Assembly: GCA_009691305.1 (NCBI GenBank)
Contig: SICS01000003.1
Span: forward strand, 1-44,012
Direction of reading: 5' to 3'
DNA: 44,012 bases
DNA from: Candidatus Peribacteria bacterium
Lineage (GTDB): Bacteria; Patescibacteriota; Gracilibacteria; Peribacterales; Peribacteraceae
Part shown: positions 27,097-37,244 of the stretch, piece after piece
Numbering within the stretch: the stretch's first letter is position 1
Layout of the letters: each line of letters opens with the position of its first letter
Program-made: the position numbers and the translations under genes
The notes under the pieces: generated by a model
What the model saw: only the letters and a program-made list of their open reading frames with translations
Told to the model about the DNA's origin: nothing
The model's database searches: none

Positions 27097-28481
27097 GTGA
27101 CAAGATCATACATGAGGAGCGTCGTGATCGTAACAATCACTGGCATTAAATGGATGAGCCCTCGCGCATACCCCGTCTGCAGCAGTGCCTCCGTCGAAAG
27201 ACCTGTAAAGAGGTACGCAAACATCTGGACGAGGTAGGGGATCAGGAAGAACGTCGTCAGAGTCACCACAGAGGTACGGAAGGCAGTTTTCCACCGCAGA
27301 GCAAGTAGCCCGAAGAAGAGCGGGAACAAGAGCCCCCAATTTCCCTCAAAGAACGTGTTCACGGTCACAGAGAGCAACACGTTCTTCTGCCACCGGAAGT
27401 TCAGGTCGATCCCCTTGGCGTTCCCGAACGGCAGCCCGTTCGTCAGCTTGAACGCAATCCAGGGGACGACAATCGCGAGGATCACCCCTCCTGCAATCAA
27501 TGCCGTGATGATGAGCGCGCGGGGCGACACCGCCTTTTTCCGCCACAACCAGAGGGCTGTGATGGCGAACAGCAACGCGAGGACGGGGAAGTATAATGCC
27601 CACCCCTCGTTCTTCGTGAACGTCACAAGTGCGATCATCAGGCCGGAGATCCGCAGAAAAGACATCGCGCGCCCGGCGTCCTCCGACCGCAACGCATGCA
27701 CCAGCAGTGCGACCGACGCAAAGAGGTGCACCGAGAGGAACACGTCCGCGTACGCGCTCGTTCCATGAATCAGCTCGAGCGGCAGGGATGCCAATATTAT
27801 GGCTCCCAGAAGCGCAAAACTCATCGGCAGCATCCGGCGCAGCGTCCAGTACACCAGGAGCAGCAGCGCGATGAACCAGATGAAGTGGATGCTGTTCACA
27901 ATGCCCTCCTGCCACGACCCCGCGAGCGTCGCGAGCCACGTCTTCGCAAGCGGCACCGTGGGTGGGTACGAACTGACGCCCGGGATGTTCGGGCTCCAAG
28001 GGAACTGCAGCGTAAACGATTTCTGGAGGTAGAAAATCTTTCCGCGCAGGTTCCAGTTGTCGGTCGTGTCGTCAAAGAACGACGGTACCAGCAAGAGAGT
28101 CAAACAGAAGAGCAGCACACGCACTGCAACCCACGCGCCCAGGGCCATCACTGCGATGCGCACCCCCCGTGGCATGGTTTCCGCAGGAAGAAGGGGAGCG
28201 AAGTACGGCGGCACGGATTTCCTCCGCAGCACCCACGGGATTCCGAGCGCGATCAGAAGCGCCGCGAACACCATCAGGAACCCCGACGCTGTGAACGGAA
28301 CACCCAGCAGAACATTCGCGAAGAACGCGACGAACATCGAGAGGGTCATGCCGACCACAAACCCGAGTGCCCACTTCTCCTCCCGCTCGAGCACGTGCAC
28401 CTTCCACTCCACTAGGTCGAGCAGCAGCCACCCGACACACGCGGGGAGGAGAAAGCCGATGGTCAGCGGGAGGATCATCAT
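27054..28481 (-). CDS. Polytopic membrane protein, GT-C glycosyltransferase-like
   Basis: DD...NW..RGK, YPP, YAD and KNEG motifs with many TM segments. Confidence 0.7.
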   Translation of the reverse strand: MMILPLTIGFLLPACVGWLLLDLVEWKVHVLEREEKWALGFVVGMTLSMFVAFFANVLLGVPFTASGFLMVFAALLIALGIPWVLRRKSVPPYFAPLLPAETMPRGVRIAVMALGAWVAVRVLLFCLTLLLVPSFFDDTTDNWNLRGKIFYLQKSFTLQFPWSPNIPGVSSYPPTVPLAKTWLATLAGSWQEGIVNSIHFIWFIALLLLVYWTLRRMLPMSFALLGAIILASLPLELIHGTSAYADVFLSVHLFASVALLVHALRSEDAGRAMSFLRISGLMIALVTFTKNEGWALYFPVLALLFAITALWLWRKKAVSPRALIITALIAGGVILAIVVPWIAFKLTNGLPFGNAKGIDLNFRWQKNVLLSVTVNTFFEGNWGLLFPLFFGLLALRWKTAFRTSVVTLTTFFLIPYLVQMFAYLFTGLSTEALLQTGYARGLIHLMPVIVTITTLLMYDLVTCRPTPPSSDINRT

Positions 28482-29647
28482 GGCGTCACTTCAAAGAGGA
28501 ACGAGTTCGGGTCGAACTGCGTCACGATGCGCCCCGGCGGGCTCCATGGCACGCCGCCCACACTCAGTCGGTTTTCGGCATCCACCGTCACGTCGTTGCG
28601 CCGGAACATCAGCCAGTAGCGCAAATCATTATTCGGTTCGGTCGGCAGTTCCATGATCGCCGGTAGCGCGAAGTACCGGACCATCGAGTCCACGGGCGCG
28701 TCTCGAGCCATCAGCAGCCCAAAATGGACGCCGTCCTTCAGGTATGGTGCGCTCTGCTCCATGATGTCGTTGAAGTTCTGGTAGTTGCGGAAAATTTTCC
28801 TGCCCTGCGGTTGCGAGATGTACAAATCATAATCGTTCTTCGCGTAACTGAGCAGCTCCAGCCCCATGCGAATGTCGTACAAGACCCAGAGCCCGCCGAA
28901 CGCGAGCAAGAAGAGTACAAGCGGATGCCCAAATTGCTTCATCCCCATGCGCGGCACAGCCACGTAACGGTAGAGCGTGATCACGACGGCGATCGCCAGC
29001 AGCGCGAAGAAGAAAATCCAGTTGCCCGATCGCCCCCGCGGCGGGAGCTCTGTGAACAGTTTCACCGTCCCAAGCGGGTTGTACTCGACCACCGGACCCC
29101 AGACGAAGTTGATGCTGATGGGCGACATCGTGTCGAACTTCCAGAAGCTCCTCCACACCTCCGCGATTTTCTCGAGGGCGTTCCAGTGCACGAAGCGGAT
29201 CTCCTGCAACAGGAGGTCGGTGCCCTGGGGGAAGGCGAGGCCGATGCTGTCGGTGTGGCGGTCCCACTCCGCATACGCGTCCACGTTCAGGTCCAGGGTC
29301 GATTCACCATTGGGGATCGTGATGTTGAGTTCCGTGTACTGGTCTTCGCTGCGGACGTGCTCATGCCAGAAGAGCCGCGCGTCGATCTGTCCGTTGCTCA
29401 CAAAATGGATGCTGATCACTTCGGTCGCGTGCGGGAGGCTCAATTGCGTCAGCATGCTGCCGGGCTTGTCCTTCGCCGTCACATGCAGCCCGTCCGACGT
29501 CATCGTCGGTAAATCCAGGTTCGAGACCCGCCACTCGCCAGGCAGGCTTTCCTGGCGGAAGTCCCAGATTGCCTCCGTCATCGCGAACGCCGCCGCGGGG
29601 ACGGTCAGGAACAGTGCCGAAAGGATGATCCGGGGCAGCAGACGCAC
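28478..29647 (-). CDS. Membrane-anchored hypothetical protein
   Basis: Signal peptide, extracellular domain and two TM segments; ATGA-coupled to the downstream gene. Confidence 0.75.
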   Translation of the reverse strand: MRLLPRIILSALFLTVPAAAFAMTEAIWDFRQESLPGEWRVSNLDLPTMTSDGLHVTAKDKPGSMLTQLSLPHATEVISIHFVSNGQIDARLFWHEHVRSEDQYTELNITIPNGESTLDLNVDAYAEWDRHTDSIGLAFPQGTDLLLQEIRFVHWNALEKIAEVWRSFWKFDTMSPISINFVWGPVVEYNPLGTVKLFTELPPRGRSGNWIFFFALLAIAVVITLYRYVAVPRMGMKQFGHPLVLFLLAFGGLWVLYDIRMGLELLSYAKNDYDLYISQPQGRKIFRNYQNFNDIMEQSAPYLKDGVHFGLLMARDAPVDSMVRYFALPAIMELPTEPNNDLRYWLMFRRNDVTVDAENRLSVGGVPWSPPGRIVTQFDPNSFLFEVTP

Positions 29648-29680
29648 GGGAGGGAGTGTACAGAACCGACTTTCGCGTGC

Positions 29681-31471
29681 CTATGCCTCCCCCGCAACAT
29701 CGATCTCCTTTGGGCCGCCACTCACGACTGCCTTGATGCGCCTCACGCCTGCGGACGAACTCTCTTCCTTCTGGATCTTGAACGAGCCGAGCATGCCGGT
29801 ACGCGCCACGTGCGGGCCGCCGCAGATTTCCTTGCTGAAGGAACCATCTCCTACGACGTAGACCTTCACTTGCGATTCGTAGCGGTCATCAAAGACGCCG
29901 ATCGCACCTTCCTTCTTCGCACCGTCGACCGTCGCCAAGTGGTACGCCATGGGGAGGTCTTTCTTGATCTCTTCATTCACGAGGTCTTCCACCTTTTTGA
30001 TCTGCTCTGGTGTCATTTTATCCGGATGCGTAAAGTCGAACCGCAACCGGTCGGCCGTCACGTTGCTGCCTTTCTGCCACACATGATCGCCGAGGACTTT
30101 CCGGAGCCCGGCGTTCAGCAAGTGCGTCGCCGTGTGCAGCTTCGTCGTCTCGGCGGAATGATCGGCGAGACCGCCGGCGAATTTTTGCGCCGCGCCGGCG
30201 CGCGAAAGTTTCTGGTGTTCTTCGAATGCTTTCTCAAAACCTTTTTCATCCACGGTGAGTCCGCGTTCTGCAGCCAGCTCTTTCGTCAGTTCCAACGGGA
30301 AGCCGTAGGTGTCGTAGAGATGGAAGGCAGAGACGCCGTCGATGATCTTTCCGGTGAGGGTTTCCGCGACCGAGGTGAAACGTTTTAGCCCTTCGTGGAG
30401 CGTTTTTCCGAACTGTGCCTCCTCCTGTTTCAGCGTCTCCAGGATCGCCGAAGATTTCTTTGCCAAGAGGGGATACGCCGCGCTGTTTTGGTCGATCACG
30501 ACTTGCGCGATGCCCGGAGTGAATGCCGTCTCAATCCCCAGCTGCTTTCCCGACCGGATCGCCCTGCGGATGATGCGTCGCAAGACGTATCCCTGATCTA
30601 CATTCGACGGCGCAACACCGTCCATGATCATGAAGGTTGCAGCTTTCAGGTGATCGCAGATGATCCGTCGGTGGCGCATATCGCCAGCATGGATCACGTC
30701 CATGATCGACTTCATCCGATCCGTCTCATACACGCTCTCCACTCCCTGCAACACTTTCGCCACGCGCTCGAGGCCCATCCCTGTGTCCACGCATTGCTGC
30801 TTTAACGTCTCGAACGTTCCATCCTCCTTTTTGTTGTACTGCAGGAAGACGTCGTTCCAAATTTCGAGCCAGTTTGGATCATCATTCGCAGGGTTGGAAC
30901 CTTTCGGCGGCAGCTCAGACGTTCCCACCCAGTAGAACATCTCCGTGTCCGGTCCGCACGGGCCGGTTTTGCCGGCAGGACCCCACCAGTTTTTGGCTTT
31001 GGGAAGGAATCCGATGCGTTCCTCGGGGATGCCGCATTTTATCCAATATCCCGCGGATTCGGTGTCCTTTAGTGCATCCTTGTCGCCTTCAAAGCAGGTG
31101 ACCGCGAGCTTGTTCAGAGGAATCTCGAGCACTTTCGTCAGGAACTCAAAACTCATCGTGATCGCTTCCTCTTTAAAGTAATCACCCAGACTCCAGTTGC
31201 CGAGCATTTCGAACATCGTCAGGTGGCTCGAGTCGCCCACTTCGTCGATGTCCCCCGTGCGTACACAGCGCTGGACGTCGACGAGTCGCTTTCCGGCAGG
31301 ATGTTTCTCGCCCATCAGGTACGGCACCAGCGGATGCATGCCCGCAGTGGTGAAGAGCACGGTCGGGTCGTTCTCCGGGATCAGCGATGCACCGGGGATC
31401 ACGGCGTGCCCCTTCTTCTGAAAGAAGTCGAGATAGGCTTGCCGGATCTGGTCGGTGGAGAGAGGCCGCAT
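29681..31471 (-). CDS. alaS: Alanine--tRNA ligase (short form lacking C-Ala)
   Basis: LFTTAGMHPL, FEMLGNWSLGDYFK, GPCGPDTE, DTGMGLER, HTATHLL, EICGGPHV and GVRRI. Confidence 0.97.
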   Translation of the reverse strand: MRPLSTDQIRQAYLDFFQKKGHAVIPGASLIPENDPTVLFTTAGMHPLVPYLMGEKHPAGKRLVDVQRCVRTGDIDEVGDSSHLTMFEMLGNWSLGDYFKEEAITMSFEFLTKVLEIPLNKLAVTCFEGDKDALKDTESAGYWIKCGIPEERIGFLPKAKNWWGPAGKTGPCGPDTEMFYWVGTSELPPKGSNPANDDPNWLEIWNDVFLQYNKKEDGTFETLKQQCVDTGMGLERVAKVLQGVESVYETDRMKSIMDVIHAGDMRHRRIICDHLKAATFMIMDGVAPSNVDQGYVLRRIIRRAIRSGKQLGIETAFTPGIAQVVIDQNSAAYPLLAKKSSAILETLKQEEAQFGKTLHEGLKRFTSVAETLTGKIIDGVSAFHLYDTYGFPLELTKELAAERGLTVDEKGFEKAFEEHQKLSRAGAAQKFAGGLADHSAETTKLHTATHLLNAGLRKVLGDHVWQKGSNVTADRLRFDFTHPDKMTPEQIKKVEDLVNEEIKKDLPMAYHLATVDGAKKEGAIGVFDDRYESQVKVYVVGDGSFSKEICGGPHVARTGMLGSFKIQKEESSSAGVRRIKAVVSGGPKEIDVAGEA

Positions 31472-31563
31472 GGAAAAGCGAGTGTAGCAGCCAATTGAAT
31501 GAGATCGGGGAGATCGGGAGTAATTGACAAAAATGCCTTATATTGAGAGTATACCAGGTGACC

Positions 31564-32370
31564 ATGAATGTGCTTCTGCCAAAGGAAGGCGATGACTGGA
31601 CGCATGTTTCTGCGCTTGGCTGGAATGAGGACCAATACCTGACAGTCCCTGTGGATATCCGGAACCATATTCTGGCATGTCAGGGTGTCCGTGAATGTGA
31701 AAGGGTCGCGACGACGACGAAATCACGGATTCACTACCGTGACGCACGGGAAATCCTGGAGACCCATTTTGCCTTACCTTCGGAAATTGAAAATCCTGTG
31801 AAGAGTGCCAGGGAAATACTACTGTCCCTTGTGGATCGTCACATTACTCAAGTGTGCTTGCCGGTGGATTTCGTCAAAGAGGTGTTGCAGCAGGACAATG
31901 ATTTGCGGAATCTCAGTACCGATGCTCGGTACTGTGAGGGGGTCCAGATGTACGCACTGGAAAAAGTGCAGTTCTCTGTGCGAATGGCGCTTGATGAGGC
32001 ATTCGCCAACCACCTAAAACACGGAGTGCAAGGTGACCCGCGGGGGATAATTGAGGGTAAAGGAAGGATAGCCAATGGCGTTGCGGAATTTGTGACGAAA
32101 GATTCGGGCAAAGGCTTCATTCCGGAGCATGTTCAGGACTCTCATGATAATCTGGAGAAACCTTCAGGCAGGGGAATTTTCCTCATGAAATATTATATGG
32201 ATTTCGTGGGCATTCTTGATAACGGATCCAAATACCATATGACGAAACAAATGAAAGATGGCATCCAGCTCACCATCAAGAAACAGGTCGTTTTCCAGTC
32301 GTGGAAGGAATTGGTGTTGTATGCCGGAAAGAAGTTTCAGCCGGAAGAAAAAGAGGAGAAAACCGAGTAA
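31564..32370 (+). CDS. RsbW-like anti-sigma factor Ser/Thr kinase (HATPase) domain protein
   Basis: ALDEAFAN..KHG, DSGKGF and GRGIFLM...MD. Start is uncertain (31543 or 31564). Confidence 0.8.
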   Translation: MNVLLPKEGDDWTHVSALGWNEDQYLTVPVDIRNHILACQGVRECERVATTTKSRIHYRDAREILETHFALPSEIENPVKSAREILLSLVDRHITQVCLPVDFVKEVLQQDNDLRNLSTDARYCEGVQMYALEKVQFSVRMALDEAFANHLKHGVQGDPRGIIEGKGRIANGVAEFVTKDSGKGFIPEHVQDSHDNLEKPSGRGIFLMKYYMDFVGILDNGSKYHMTKQMKDGIQLTIKKQVVFQSWKELVLYAGKKFQPEEKEEKTE

Positions 32371-32402
32371 TGCAGGCCGTTTGACCGGCTGATGACGTGT
32401 AC

Positions 32403-32431
32403 TTGAAATAAATCCTGTTTTCTGTTATAAT
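32403..32431 (+). promoter_or_regulatory. Sigma70 promoter
   Basis: TTGAAA-17 nt-TATAAT with TGn extension. Confidence 0.7.
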
Positions 32432-32449
32432 ACACAAGTAAACATACAC

Positions 32450-33877
32450 ATGCCCTTGGTCTCCATCCTGTCACTTCCTCAGGCCCTGAAGCGCAATTGG
32501 CAGATTGTCGGTATCTCAATGTTCGTCCTTGGAGTGGTCGGATCACTCGGAGTGTTCTTCTTCATGCAGGGGCGCACCATCATGGACCAGGAATTGCGGG
32601 AGCGGTTAAAGACGATGGCGGCGATTTCGGCGTTGCAGTTCCATGCGGAAGACCTCGACGAGTTCCACACGCTCACGGACATCGATAAGCCGATCTACGC
32701 GACAGTGATCAGGCAGATGCGCGCGATCCGCAAGCAGAGCTCCGACATCATCTTCATCTACATCCTGCGTCCTCTTGACGAGGACTCGTACGAATTCGTC
32801 GCCGATGCCGATTCGCTGTACGCCGTGGCGCAGGAAGATCTCAATAACGACGGCATGATCGATGACAGTGACCAACCCGCGCCTCCGGGCACGCCGTACG
32901 ATGTGAGCAACTTCCCCAGTATCAAACGTGCGCTCTTTGGGCCCACAACGATCGACGAGCCATTCACCGACCAGTGGGGCACGCATATGTCGGGCTTCGC
33001 GCCGATCCTCAACAGCAAGGGCAAGGCCGTCGCAATCATCGGCATCGATATGGATGCCCAACGGTATGTGAACCTGTCGCACCGCATCCTCTCGCCGCTC
33101 ATCGTCCTGCTCGTCCTCGTGGCAGCGCTCCTGCTCTCCAGCCTCGTCGCCTACTACATGTGGCGTCGCCGCATGGAATCGCTCCAGCGTTTGGACCACG
33201 ACCGTACGGGATTGCTCCTGCTCGCGCTCCACCAGCTGGGGACGCCGCTGGCGATCATCCAGTGGTCGCTGGAAGAGCTGCAGGAAACCTCCGGAAAAGT
33301 CACGCCCCAGGAAGCGATTGCCGTGCACGCGCGGCAGACGGGCGAAGCCGTTAACCAGCTTGATACCATCCTCGATGAAATGAAGGAGGCGAGTGAAGTC
33401 GAAGCCGGCACCGTCGATTACCACCGCGAGTGGACCGCGTTGCACAACGTGATCCAATCCGTCGCGACCAAACTTGATCCGCTGGTGAAGAAGCGCAAGC
33501 AGACCCTGCAGCTGAACCTCGATTCCTCGCTCCGATTGCCGATCGACCGCAAGCTGATCGGAGGTGTGCTACGGGAACTCCTCCTCAATGCCATCACCTT
33601 CTCGCCGGATGGCGGCACCGTCACCGTCACGGCGCGCAAGGACGTCAAATCCGCGCTCGTCGAGATCAGCGACCACGGATGCGGCATCTCCGCCAATGAT
33701 CGCGAGCACCTCTTTGAGAAGTTCACCCGTGGCGAAAACGCCCATGTGCACCAGCCCAACGGCAACGGTCTTGGCCTCTTCATTTCCAAGGGCATTATCG
33801 AGCGCGCAGGGGGCAAATTATGGGTCAAAAGCATCGAAGGGAAGGGAACGACGGTCTTCTTCACCCTGCCGGCGTAA
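32450..33877 (+). CDS. Membrane sensor histidine kinase
   Basis: Two TM segments flanking a Cache-like domain; HQLGTPL H-box, NAITFS, DHGCGI, LFEKF, GNGLGL and GKGT. Confidence 0.93.
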   Translation: MPLVSILSLPQALKRNWQIVGISMFVLGVVGSLGVFFFMQGRTIMDQELRERLKTMAAISALQFHAEDLDEFHTLTDIDKPIYATVIRQMRAIRKQSSDIIFIYILRPLDEDSYEFVADADSLYAVAQEDLNNDGMIDDSDQPAPPGTPYDVSNFPSIKRALFGPTTIDEPFTDQWGTHMSGFAPILNSKGKAVAIIGIDMDAQRYVNLSHRILSPLIVLLVLVAALLLSSLVAYYMWRRRMESLQRLDHDRTGLLLLALHQLGTPLAIIQWSLEELQETSGKVTPQEAIAVHARQTGEAVNQLDTILDEMKEASEVEAGTVDYHREWTALHNVIQSVATKLDPLVKKRKQTLQLNLDSSLRLPIDRKLIGGVLRELLLNAITFSPDGGTVTVTARKDVKSALVEISDHGCGISANDREHLFEKFTRGENAHVHQPNGNGLGLFISKGIIERAGGKLWVKSIEGKGTTVFFTLPA

Positions 33878-33886
33878 GCGACGCTC

Positions 33887-33948
33887 TCATGGTGAGACTG
33901 TCGAACCATGACACCTGATGTCACCCTTCGACGAGCTCAGGATGACAT
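33887..33948. repeat. Pair of REP-like palindromes
   Basis: tcatggtgagactgtcgaaccatgac and atgtcacccttcgacgagctcaggatgacat. Confidence 0.8.
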
Positions 33949-34035
33949 TCTCGACGTATTTGTCAGATCCTTGCGGTTTTTTTCGTCATGCAGTGATGCA
34001 TGATCACCTATCCACAATTATTATTACAAAATAAT

Positions 34036-34064
34036 TTGATAATTTGGCAAAAATGTAGTATAAT
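34036..34064 (+). promoter_or_regulatory. Sigma70 promoter
   Basis: TTGATA-17 nt-TATAAT, 19 nt before ATG 34084. Confidence 0.7.
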
Positions 34065-34083
34065 ACAACACGAAAACACACAC

Positions 34084-35397
34084 ATGCCACACTTCTTTTT
34101 CCAGCACCGACGCCTCATTCTCCTCGCCTGCGGGGCCGGCGTCAGCCTGATGGGGTTGTTTGCGGTGGTGCACTACACATCGCAGGAAAAACAGCAGTTT
34201 GTGCTCCTGTCATACGAGATGCCCGGTGGCCTGCACCCCTCGGCCCCGGCCGCAGCGGTTGTGGAGCCCGAAATGCTGCCCCTCGCCGAGCGTAGCGTCA
34301 CGGTGACGCTCACCTCGGACCAAAAAGACCCCGTCACGGCGACGATGAGCATGATGGACCACCCGGAGTGGGTGATTATGGAGAACGGCATCCTGGGGAG
34401 CGACGAGCGCGTCTCCGCCGTCGCCGTCCAGGCATTCCTGGAACAGGAGAAGGGGAGCCCCTTCCCGGTAATGCGCATCGCCCAGATCCTTGCGAGCGGT
34501 ATCGATGCGAAAAAGGTCCTGCGCGCCACCACCAGCGGCGTTGCAAAACCCGGATACGTCTACGACACCGCCGCCATCGCGCAGCAGATTGCGCAGGCAC
34601 TGATGTACGAGCAGTCCGATCTCCACTTCACCGCCACGTATAGCCTGCCGTTTATTACGGCCATCTCTGCCGACGGCCAGGCCAAGCAGTACGAGCTCCT
34701 CGGCACCGGCATGTCCGACTTCGCGGATTCCGACGCGGGCCGCGAGTCCAACGTCCACAAAGCGATTGAAGAGCGCGTGAACAACGTCATCGTTCCCGCA
34801 GGAGCCACATTCTCGCTCATCGATGCACTTGATGCGCCGATCACCGAGAAGAAGGGGTGGAAGATGGCACTGGGTCTCTTTGGCGGGGGCGCAGCGTTGA
34901 CCGTGGGCGGCGGCATCTGCCAGTCGGCCACCACCGTCTACCGTGCCGCCCTCCTCTCCGGCCTGCCGATCGTGGAGAAGCGAAACCACAGCCTGTTCGT
35001 CGACCACTACGAATTTTATGGTGTCGGCCTGGACGCCACCGTCTTCCCCGGCTTCCACGACGTCCGCTACAAGAATGACACGGGCGACGACCTTTTGATG
35101 CAGGCCTACACCGAAGGCGTCACCGTCTATGTGCACTTTTACGGCCGCAACGATGGGCGCACCGCGTATCTGGACGGGCCGTACTTCGCGCGTAGCAAGA
35201 ACCGGCCCAAGGAACTCCGCGCACTCAGCACCTACGAGATCGGCTGGGTCCGCACCGTCACCGCGGCTGATGGCACCACCAAAGTCCAGCCGCTGATCGC
35301 CACCTACTCCAAGCCCGTCTGGTACTCGATCTTCAAGAAGTACGATGGTGCCGACGGTATGGCGCTGATGACGAGCCTGAAGGTAGTGGTGAAGTGA
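34084..35397 (+). CDS. VanW-family protein
   Basis: N-terminal TM segment; GGGICQSATTVYRAAL, RNHS, GLDATV and YKNDT. Confidence 0.9.
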   Translation: MPHFFFQHRRLILLACGAGVSLMGLFAVVHYTSQEKQQFVLLSYEMPGGLHPSAPAAAVVEPEMLPLAERSVTVTLTSDQKDPVTATMSMMDHPEWVIMENGILGSDERVSAVAVQAFLEQEKGSPFPVMRIAQILASGIDAKKVLRATTSGVAKPGYVYDTAAIAQQIAQALMYEQSDLHFTATYSLPFITAISADGQAKQYELLGTGMSDFADSDAGRESNVHKAIEERVNNVIVPAGATFSLIDALDAPITEKKGWKMALGLFGGGAALTVGGGICQSATTVYRAALLSGLPIVEKRNHSLFVDHYEFYGVGLDATVFPGFHDVRYKNDTGDDLLMQAYTEGVTVYVHFYGRNDGRTAYLDGPYFARSKNRPKELRALSTYEIGWVRTVTAADGTTKVQPLIATYSKPVWYSIFKKYDGADGMALMTSLKVVVK

Positions 35398-35447
35398 GGG
35401 GAACCTTATCAAGAAATCTCCTGTTTTTGGAGTATTGTCGAGTATTA

Positions 35448-35510
35448 TGTTTACAATTAAATAACTCTGTTTACAATTGTATTTACAATTACATACACTT
35501 CCTTTACAAT
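35448..35510 (+). promoter_or_regulatory. Four TTTACAAT direct repeats (putative operator)
   Basis: Copies at 35450, 35470, 35482 and 35503, directly upstream of an HTH gene. Confidence 0.55.
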
Positions 35511-35516
35511 AAAGAT

Positions 35517-36536
35517 ATGGATATCAAGGGTCAAATCCTCTCCATGGCTCTCAAAAAAGGCACACTCCACTCAAGGGATGTCGCCGAAAGTCTTGGAATT
35601 AGTAGGCAATACTCACAGAGAATTTTGAAGGAATTGGTGGAAAAGGAATTATTGGTGAAAGTCGGTTCAACGAAGGCGGCCTCGTATGTACTGCCGAAAC
35701 TTGCAGATCAGGTGAAATGGAAATTCGATAAGCGACTTCAGAATAAAAATTTGGCGGAACATGCGGTTTTGGAGGATATCGAGAGTCGATCCCAATTTCG
35801 ACAGTTACTGACCGAGAATTTGAAAAGTATATTTGAATACGCTTTTTCTGAAATGCTGAACAATGCCATTGACCATTCGTTGTCAAAGAATGTTCACGTG
35901 CAGGTTGAGAAGCGTTCGGGCAATCTCCTATTTCTCGTGAATGATTTCGGCATAGGAGTATTCAAAAACATTATGCAAAAGCGGAAATTGAAATCGGACT
36001 TGGAGGCAATACAGGATTTGCTTAAAGGGAAAACGACAACACAGCCCCAGGCCCACTCGGGTGAAGGCATTTTCTTCACGTCGAAAGTTGCAGATATTTT
36101 CATCTTGGAAAGCTTCGGAAAAAAACTGACGATCAATAATACCCTCAATGATATTTTTATTGAGGATGTGAAGCCTTCCAAAAAAGGAACAAAAGTTTTC
36201 TTTCAAATTTCCTGTGCCTCGAAGAAGCACCTCAGTGATATTTTCAAGGAATACCAGACTGATCCAACAGAGTTTGCTTTTGATAAAACTGAAATCCAGA
36301 TAAAGCTCTATACGCTGGGAACAGTGCATGTATCACGATCGCAGGCACGTCGAGTGCTATCAGGACTCGAAAAATTTAAATCTATTGTCCTGGATTTCGA
36401 TAAGGTCCCCACTATAGGCCAGGCATTCGCGGATGAAATTTTCAGGGTTTTCAGAAACAGCCATCCAGACATTCAATTGCAGCCCATTCACATGAATGAA
36501 ACCGTGAGATTCTGGGTAGAGAGGGTCGGAAAGTAA
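35517..36536 (+). CDS. wHTH-HATPase-STAS-like (DUF4325-type) protein
   Basis: VAESLGISRQ HTH; EMLNNAIDHS, DFGIG and HSGEGIFF; SRSQARR...LDF...GQAFADEIFRVF. Confidence 0.85.
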   Translation: MDIKGQILSMALKKGTLHSRDVAESLGISRQYSQRILKELVEKELLVKVGSTKAASYVLPKLADQVKWKFDKRLQNKNLAEHAVLEDIESRSQFRQLLTENLKSIFEYAFSEMLNNAIDHSLSKNVHVQVEKRSGNLLFLVNDFGIGVFKNIMQKRKLKSDLEAIQDLLKGKTTTQPQAHSGEGIFFTSKVADIFILESFGKKLTINNTLNDIFIEDVKPSKKGTKVFFQISCASKKHLSDIFKEYQTDPTEFAFDKTEIQIKLYTLGTVHVSRSQARRVLSGLEKFKSIVLDFDKVPTIGQAFADEIFRVFRNSHPDIQLQPIHMNETVRFWVERVGK

Positions 36537-36589
36537 GAAATCGGTTTGGGGATCAGGGGTGCAGAAGCAGTGTAAATTTGGCTAATGCA

Positions 36590-36598
36590 TGCTATAAT
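36590..36598 (+). promoter_or_regulatory. Extended -10 promoter of ssrA
   Basis: TGcTATAAT 24 nt upstream of the mature 5' end. Confidence 0.65.
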
Positions 36599-36622
36599 AC
36601 GATGCTTGCTCTCTGAAATCAT

Positions 36623-37041
36623 GGGGATGACAGGTTTCGACAGCGTGATTCATGGTGTGTGTTAGCCTCGATCCGGGATCGCACTCTTTCCCGTTACCCA
36701 ATGGTGCAACCAATATCTGCCAATTTGTCAGATCGAGCCGCTGGCTTGGTGAACAAGGCTGCACGCTTTGCAAAAGGCGTTGTTGCCCCTCAGTTCGCTT
36801 TCGTCACGGCCTAAGTTCGCCTCGCGCGGACACGTCGCTCTTCTGACTCCTGCTACGGAGAATCCGACGTCACCAGCAGGGCTTTCCGTTATCGGACGTT
36901 GTAACGTGATCGTATCCAGACGTCGTCACTCGCTCCACATCTCTGATTCTCTCCTAGTGGATGCGAGTACGAGAGGATCATGACCGTACAGGCACATGCG
37001 CTACACGTTGGACCCGGGTTCAACTCCCGGCATCTCCACCA
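36623..37041 (+). ncRNA. ssrA: tmRNA
   Basis: 5' GGGGATGACAGGTTTCGAC and 3' CCGGGTTCAACTCCCGGCATCTCCACCA give an acceptor stem with G3.U; internal tag frame 36719-36814. Confidence 0.93.
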
Positions 37042-37098
37042 TTCGACTCAGCGCTTCGCGCTTCGCGCTTCGCTCATGGTAAACCAAACTTCGCTCGC
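37035..37098. repeat. 64-bp direct repeat, copy 1 (tmRNA end plus palindrome)
   Basis: Identical to 40697-40760. Confidence 0.92.
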
Positions 37099-37244
37099 TG
37101 AGTCATTACTTTTTCGATCGTTTACCGAGTACCCATTTTTGCGAAGAGCTCAATGGCTTATCTTTTCGGTGAACACAGCCAATCCAACAACATGATTATT
37201 TGGCGGGAAATAACCAATAGAATTGGATTGTGTAAGCGGCTACG

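Noticed and set aside
29681-31471. AlaRS lacking C-Ala as a pseudogene or novelty
   Set aside because: Catalytic and editing motifs are intact, and short AlaRS forms are known in reduced genomes.
4111-35412. Long antisense ORFs (for example 4111-4932, 5116-6033, 12652-13920, 34210-35412)
   Set aside because: They are shadow frames opposite well-supported genes and have no motifs.
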